Assembly (NCBI GenBank): GCA_045629745.1
Contig: JAZQRU010000045.1
Location: 9,051 to 73,050 of the forward strand
Source: Eubacteriales bacterium
Lineage (GTDB): Bacteria; Bacillota; Clostridia; Oscillospirales; CAG-272
Reading direction: 5' to 3'
DNA length: 64,000 nucleotides
Part shown: positions 59,972-64,000 of the stretch, one piece after another
How the letters are laid out: each line of letters begins with the position of its first letter
Position numbering within the stretch: the stretch's first letter is position 1
Notes under the pieces: generated by a model
What the model was told of the DNA's origin: nothing
The model's database searches: none
The model's input: the letters and a program-made list of their open reading frames with translations, nothing else
Translations under genes and position numbers: made by a program

Positions 59972-60526
59972 ATGGTATACAACTTAAAGGTGGCGGGACT
60001 TGAGCGCGAGCTTACTCTTTGTCCTTTGACGGAAAATCTTTATATCGCGGGCTTTATTATGTTTGGTGACGTTGAGCTTACCGAAAAGTGCGCTGAAGCG
60101 CTTTATAAGCTTGCGCCCGAGCACGATTTGATAATAACCGCAGAGTCGAAGGGAATTCCCTTAGCTTACGAAATGTGCAAAATTTCAGGCAAAAACCGTT
60201 ACGTGCTTGCAAGAAAATCAGTGAAGCTCTATATGAAAAACGTAGTTAAATGCGAAACTAAATCCATAACTACTGATGCCGTACAAACTCTTTATATTGA
60301 CGGTGACGACGCAGAATTTATGCGCGGCAAGCGCGTTCTAATCGTTGACGACGTTATAAGCACAGGCGGCTCGCTTCTCTCGCTCGAAAACCTCGTTAAG
60401 ATGGCAGGCGGAAACATAGTCGGTAAAATGACGGTGCTTGCAGAGGGCGAGGCGGCGGACCGAAACGATATAATCTATCTTGAAAAGCTGCCGCTTTTTG
60501 ACAAAAACGGAAAACCGCTTGATTAA
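59972..60526 (+). CDS. Adenine phosphoribosyltransferase-like PRTase
   Basis: TAESKGIP, LARK and VLIVDDVISTGGS motifs. Confidence 0.85.
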   Translation: MVYNLKVAGLERELTLCPLTENLYIAGFIMFGDVELTEKCAEALYKLAPEHDLIITAESKGIPLAYEMCKISGKNRYVLARKSVKLYMKNVVKCETKSITTDAVQTLYIDGDDAEFMRGKRVLIVDDVISTGGSLLSLENLVKMAGGNIVGKMTVLAEGEAADRNDIIYLEKLPLFDKNGKPLD

Positions 60527-60666
60527 TCCAAACTTGCTCTGAAGCCTTAATTTTCAGCGCTTTCGTCACTTATCTCTTTAAAACAAGTTCGGTTTTCTTA
60601 CGGCTAAAAAAGAAAAAGCAAGAATTAAGATTTTTACTTAACTCTTGCTTTTTTTGTTTGGCAATA

Positions 60667-60840
60667 TTATTCTTTGTCTTTTTTAGCAGCCTTCTGCTCT
60701 TCAACCTTCTTTATAGTGAAGGAAGTGAAGTGGGTTGCTAAAATGATAATTCCGACGATAATAAATACGCCGACCATACCAAGTCCCATAAATTTAAGAT
60801 TCTTTACGAATGCCAAAAGGTCAAACTGAATGTTTCCCAT
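60667..60840 (-). CDS. OadG-related small membrane subunit (57 aa)
   Basis: Not in the track. MGNIQFDLLAFVKNLKFMGLGMVGVFIIVGIIILA..., with an AGGAGG RBS right after oadB. Confidence 0.8.
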   Translation of the reverse strand: MGNIQFDLLAFVKNLKFMGLGMVGVFIIVGIIILATHFTSFTIKKVEEQKAAKKDKE

Positions 60841-60853
60841 CTATAAATCCTCC

Positions 60854-62071
60854 TTAACCAAAGAATCCAAGCACTAAAGCGCCCGCGATAACGGAAGCTA
60901 TCTGGCCCGAAACGTTAACACCTATTGAGTGCATAAGTATAAAGTTTTCGGGATCCTCTTTGAGTGCCATTTTGTGAACTATACGGCCCGACATTGGGAA
61001 TGCGGAAATACCTGCCGCGCCTATCATAGGGTTGATAAGCTCTTTCTTGAATACCTTTGCGTAAACGTTGTAAAGCTTTGCGAAAAGAACTCCGCCTGCG
61101 GTGTCAACGATAAATGCGATAAGACCGAGCCCCATAATGAGAAGAGTCTGCACGTTCAAGAACTGGCTGGCAGTCATATTGAAGGCAATGGTGATGCCGA
61201 GGAATATCGTTACGAGGTTTGCAAGCACCTTCTGCGCAGTTTCCGAGAGGGATTCAAGAACTCCGCACTCACGGATAAGGTTACCAAACATAAGGAAGCC
61301 GATAAGCGAGCCTGCGCCGGGGGCAAATATGCATGCAACTATTGAAATGATAATGGGGAAGAGAATTTTCGTAGTCTTGGAAACGCTCTTCTGAGTGTAA
61401 GACATACGGATTTTTCTTTCCTCTTTCGTTGTAAGAGCCTTAATAACGGGGGGCTGGATAATAGGCACGAGAGCCATATAGGAGTAAGCGGCAACCGTTA
61501 TTGCGCCAACGTAATTCGAGCCGAGCTTGTTTGCAACAACGATAGATGTAGGACCGTCTGCCGCACCGATAATAGCAATTGACGCATAGTCCTTTGCCTC
61601 GGGGAAGAAGATTGACGCCATACAGAGCGTGAAGAAGATACCGAACTGAGCCGCCGCACCGAAGAGCATAAGCTTCGGATTGTTAAGAAGCGGACCGAAG
61701 TCTATCATAGCTCCGATACCGATAAAGAGAAGAAGCGGGAAAAGCTCGTTAGCGATACCTGCGTTATAAAGGGTATGTAAGGGTTCTGCGATGCCGGAAT
61801 AGTGAACGGATATAGCACCAGTACAACCGTTGTGGCCGCATATTTCCTGACCGAATTCCGCAACAGTTTTGCAAGTGTCACAAATGCGCTGTACTGTGGT
61901 GGGGAAATTCATAAGAATTGCACCAAATCCGATGGGCAAAAGAAGCGTAGGTTCCATTTCCTTTTTTATCGCAAGGTAAATAAGAACACCGCCGATTACC
62001 CACATAAGAATCATTTTCCAGGTTCCCGGCGTTTCAAAGAACGAAAGGAATCCCTCAAATAAAACTCTCAT
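60854..62071 (-). CDS. oadB: Na+-translocating decarboxylase beta subunit
   Basis: EPTLLLPIGFG, FIGIGAMIDFGPL, IIGAADGPT, AAYSYMALVPIIQPP and IGAAGISAFPMS motifs. Confidence 0.93.
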   Translation of the reverse strand: MRVLFEGFLSFFETPGTWKMILMWVIGGVLIYLAIKKEMEPTLLLPIGFGAILMNFPTTVQRICDTCKTVAEFGQEICGHNGCTGAISVHYSGIAEPLHTLYNAGIANELFPLLLFIGIGAMIDFGPLLNNPKLMLFGAAAQFGIFFTLCMASIFFPEAKDYASIAIIGAADGPTSIVVANKLGSNYVGAITVAAYSYMALVPIIQPPVIKALTTKEERKIRMSYTQKSVSKTTKILFPIIISIVACIFAPGAGSLIGFLMFGNLIRECGVLESLSETAQKVLANLVTIFLGITIAFNMTASQFLNVQTLLIMGLGLIAFIVDTAGGVLFAKLYNVYAKVFKKELINPMIGAAGISAFPMSGRIVHKMALKEDPENFILMHSIGVNVSGQIASVIAGALVLGFFG

Positions 62072-62140
62072 AAGTAAAACCTCACTTTATATAAATTATT
62101 TTAAAAACAAAAATGGACTCCTCGCGAAGATGAGCCTTCA

Positions 62141-62247
62141 CGAAAAGTCTTGTTAAAGCATTTTTTCGCCTTCGGAAAACCGAGCAGGAAATTCCTGCCG
62201 TTCTGACGGCTCCCGAGCGCACTCGCGCGCAAACTACTCCCTTTTCG
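62141..62247 (-). promoter_or_regulatory. yybP-ykoY-like (Mn2+) riboswitch upstream of oadB
   Basis: Minus strand CGAAAAG-GGAGUAG...GAGCCGUCAGAACG...CUCGG...AACAAGA-CUUUUCG: P1 pairing plus the conserved GGAGUAG/CAAGAC and CGUCA motifs, followed by a U-rich tract. Confidence 0.75.
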
Positions 62248-62371
62248 GGTAAAAATTACCTCTATTATTATAAAACAATTTGTAGCTTTTGTCAATAGGA
62301 AAAAGAGAAATTGTAAAGCTTTTGTTAAGCAAATAAAAGTTTACAAAAAATAGATTTACCCCCGCATCCGT

Positions 62372-62400
62372 GTTTATTTTTTTTAAGAAAGGGCATACTA
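62372..62400 (+). promoter_or_regulatory. SigF/SigG-type promoter of sigG
   Basis: GTTTA-N14-GGGCATACTA. Confidence 0.55.
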
Positions 62401-62456
62401 AAAACGGAAAATGCGACAGATTTTTCAAGAGATTTATCTTTTTTCGGGGGAAATTT

Positions 62457-63233
62457 ATGCGACTTAACAAGGTTGATATTGTTGGAATAGATACGTCAAG
62501 TCTTAAAACTTTGAAGGAGAGCGAAAAGCGAGAGCTTCTTATGCTTTCAAAGAACGGTGACAAAGAGGCGCGCGAAAAGCTTATAATAGGAAATTTAAGG
62601 CTCGTTTTGTCGGTTATTCAACGCTTTTCGGGGAAAGGAGACAGCGCAAACGATTTGTTTCAGGTCGGCACGATAGGCCTTATAAAAGCTATTGATAACT
62701 TTAATCTTGAGCTTGACGTTAAATTCTCAACCTATGCCGTGCCTATGATAATCGGGGAAGTCAGACGGCACTTAAGAGATAACAATTCTTTAAGAATTTC
62801 AAGGAGTATGCGCGACCTTGCATACAGAGCCTTGCAGGTTAAGGAGGAAATTTCGGGCAAAGAGGGGCGCGAGCCAGGTATTGCCGAAATAGCGCAAAGG
62901 CTTTCTGCGAGCGAGCGCGACGTCGGGGCGGCGCTTGAAGCCATAGTTGCTCCCGCCTCGCTTTACGATTCCGTCTATAACGACGGCGAGGATTCGGGCT
63001 ACGTTATTGATAAGCTCGCAGGCGAAGACGACGCAAACGACGCATGGGTTGAGAGCATTTCCTTGCGCGACGCTATGAAAAAGCTTAACGAGCGTGAGCT
63101 TGGAATTATATCGAAAAGGTTTTACGCGGGGAAAACTCAGATGGAAATTGCCGAGGAAATAGGTATATCGCAAGCACAGGTATCGCGGCTTGAAAAGGGC
63201 GCTATAGAGAAGCTCAGAAAATATATGTCATAA
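62457..63233 (+). CDS. sigG: Sporulation sigma factor SigG
   Basis: SigG-type N-terminus NKVDIVGIDTS.L; GNLRLVLSVIQRF, FSTYAVPMIIGE and GKTQMEIAEEIGISQAQVSRLEK motifs. Confidence 0.88.
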   Translation: MRLNKVDIVGIDTSSLKTLKESEKRELLMLSKNGDKEAREKLIIGNLRLVLSVIQRFSGKGDSANDLFQVGTIGLIKAIDNFNLELDVKFSTYAVPMIIGEVRRHLRDNNSLRISRSMRDLAYRALQVKEEISGKEGREPGIAEIAQRLSASERDVGAALEAIVAPASLYDSVYNDGEDSGYVIDKLAGEDDANDAWVESISLRDAMKKLNERELGIISKRFYAGKTQMEIAEEIGISQAQVSRLEKGAIEKLRKYMS

Positions 63234-63334
63234 AGTGGTGTCGCGCGTTTGGATTTTTGCGCGTTGCAAATAAAGAAAAGAGAGCAAAAGGTACTGCCCT
63301 GTGCTCTCTTTTGTGTTTATCGAGATATTTAGAC

Positions 63335-63952
63335 TTAACGAATAAAATTCGTTCTTATCGGCTTTTCCTTTTCGGGAAGTCCGTACTTTTCGCGGCCGAG
63401 GGCTATGCTCTTGATAAGGAATGACATATTGCGGGCAAGAGTTCTCATTGTCTGAAGCCCCTCACCGTCTTCTGCCGCCTCGCCGGGCTTCGCACCGTGA
63501 ACGTTATTCCAGTATTGGCTCGAGGCTACGGGCATACCGCTTATCGTGAAATATTTATTGAGCTGGTCAAAGGTTGCCGTAGTGCCGCCTCGCCTTGCAA
63601 CCGCAACGGATGCGCCGACCTTCATTCTTTTGTCAAACGGGGTACTGTAGAAGAGTCTGTCAAGAAGGGCGGTAAGGGTTGAATTTGCGGAAGCGTAATA
63701 AACGGGGCTTCCGAGAACAAGGCCGTCGCACTCCTCGAATTTTTTTGCAATTTGGTTAACAACGTCGTCAATTACGCACTTTCCCGCCTTGTAGCACTTA
63801 AGGCAGGCAAGGCAACCGCGCACGTCAAGATTTCCTACCTGCACGTAATCAACTTCAATTCCTTCCTCGAGAAAGACCGTTCTCATTTCCTTTAATGCAA
63901 GCGCGGTATTACCGTTATCCTTAGGGCTGCCGTTCAAAATTAAAACTTTCAT
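63335..63952 (-). CDS. Flavodoxin-like iron-sulfur flavoprotein / NADPH-dependent FMN reductase family
   Basis: NGSP..GNT, GCLACLKC.....C, GSPVYY and RRGG motifs. Confidence 0.88.
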   Translation of the reverse strand: MKVLILNGSPKDNGNTALALKEMRTVFLEEGIEVDYVQVGNLDVRGCLACLKCYKAGKCVIDDVVNQIAKKFEECDGLVLGSPVYYASANSTLTALLDRLFYSTPFDKRMKVGASVAVARRGGTTATFDQLNKYFTISGMPVASSQYWNNVHGAKPGEAAEDGEGLQTMRTLARNMSFLIKSIALGREKYGLPEKEKPIRTNFIR

Positions 63953-64000
63953 ATATTATCCTCCGAAAAGCTTTATATTTTTATTATATTCTAACACAGA

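Overview
64 kb of chromosome from a spore-forming Clostridia (Oscillospirales-like) gut/rumen anaerobe. Most of it is housekeeping and metabolic: a WcaJ-GT4 fusion, rnc, guaA (synthetase domain only), an SbcD-like nuclease, a TetM-like GTPase-NYN fusion, pflBA under a ZTP riboswitch, perR-rubrerythrin, gpsA, hpf, uxaBAC, greA, SCIFF scfAB, topB, rlmD, tRNA-Glu(CTC), a 1416-aa secreted protein, oadB-oadG under a yybP-ykoY-like riboswitch, and sigG. Accessory DNA sits at three known integration hotspots (3' ends of guaA, rlmD and tRNA-Glu). The most striking item is at the rlmD end: a stand-alone four-helix-bundle (Avd/S23-like) gene whose 5' flank is a bipartite array of 8-nt repeats (GTGAAGTT x4, then AACTTCAC x3) separated by unique spacers, most of them mini-hairpins. 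An orphan element of similar architecture lies at 29.0 kb. The window also has many deletion scars (NspV-like R-M fusion, 42-bp IS3 end-fusion, LacI with its middle removed, internally deleted IS4, iteron-like remnant) and a methyltransferase homologue with a degenerate catalytic motif. All assignments come from reading motifs by eye; no database search was run.
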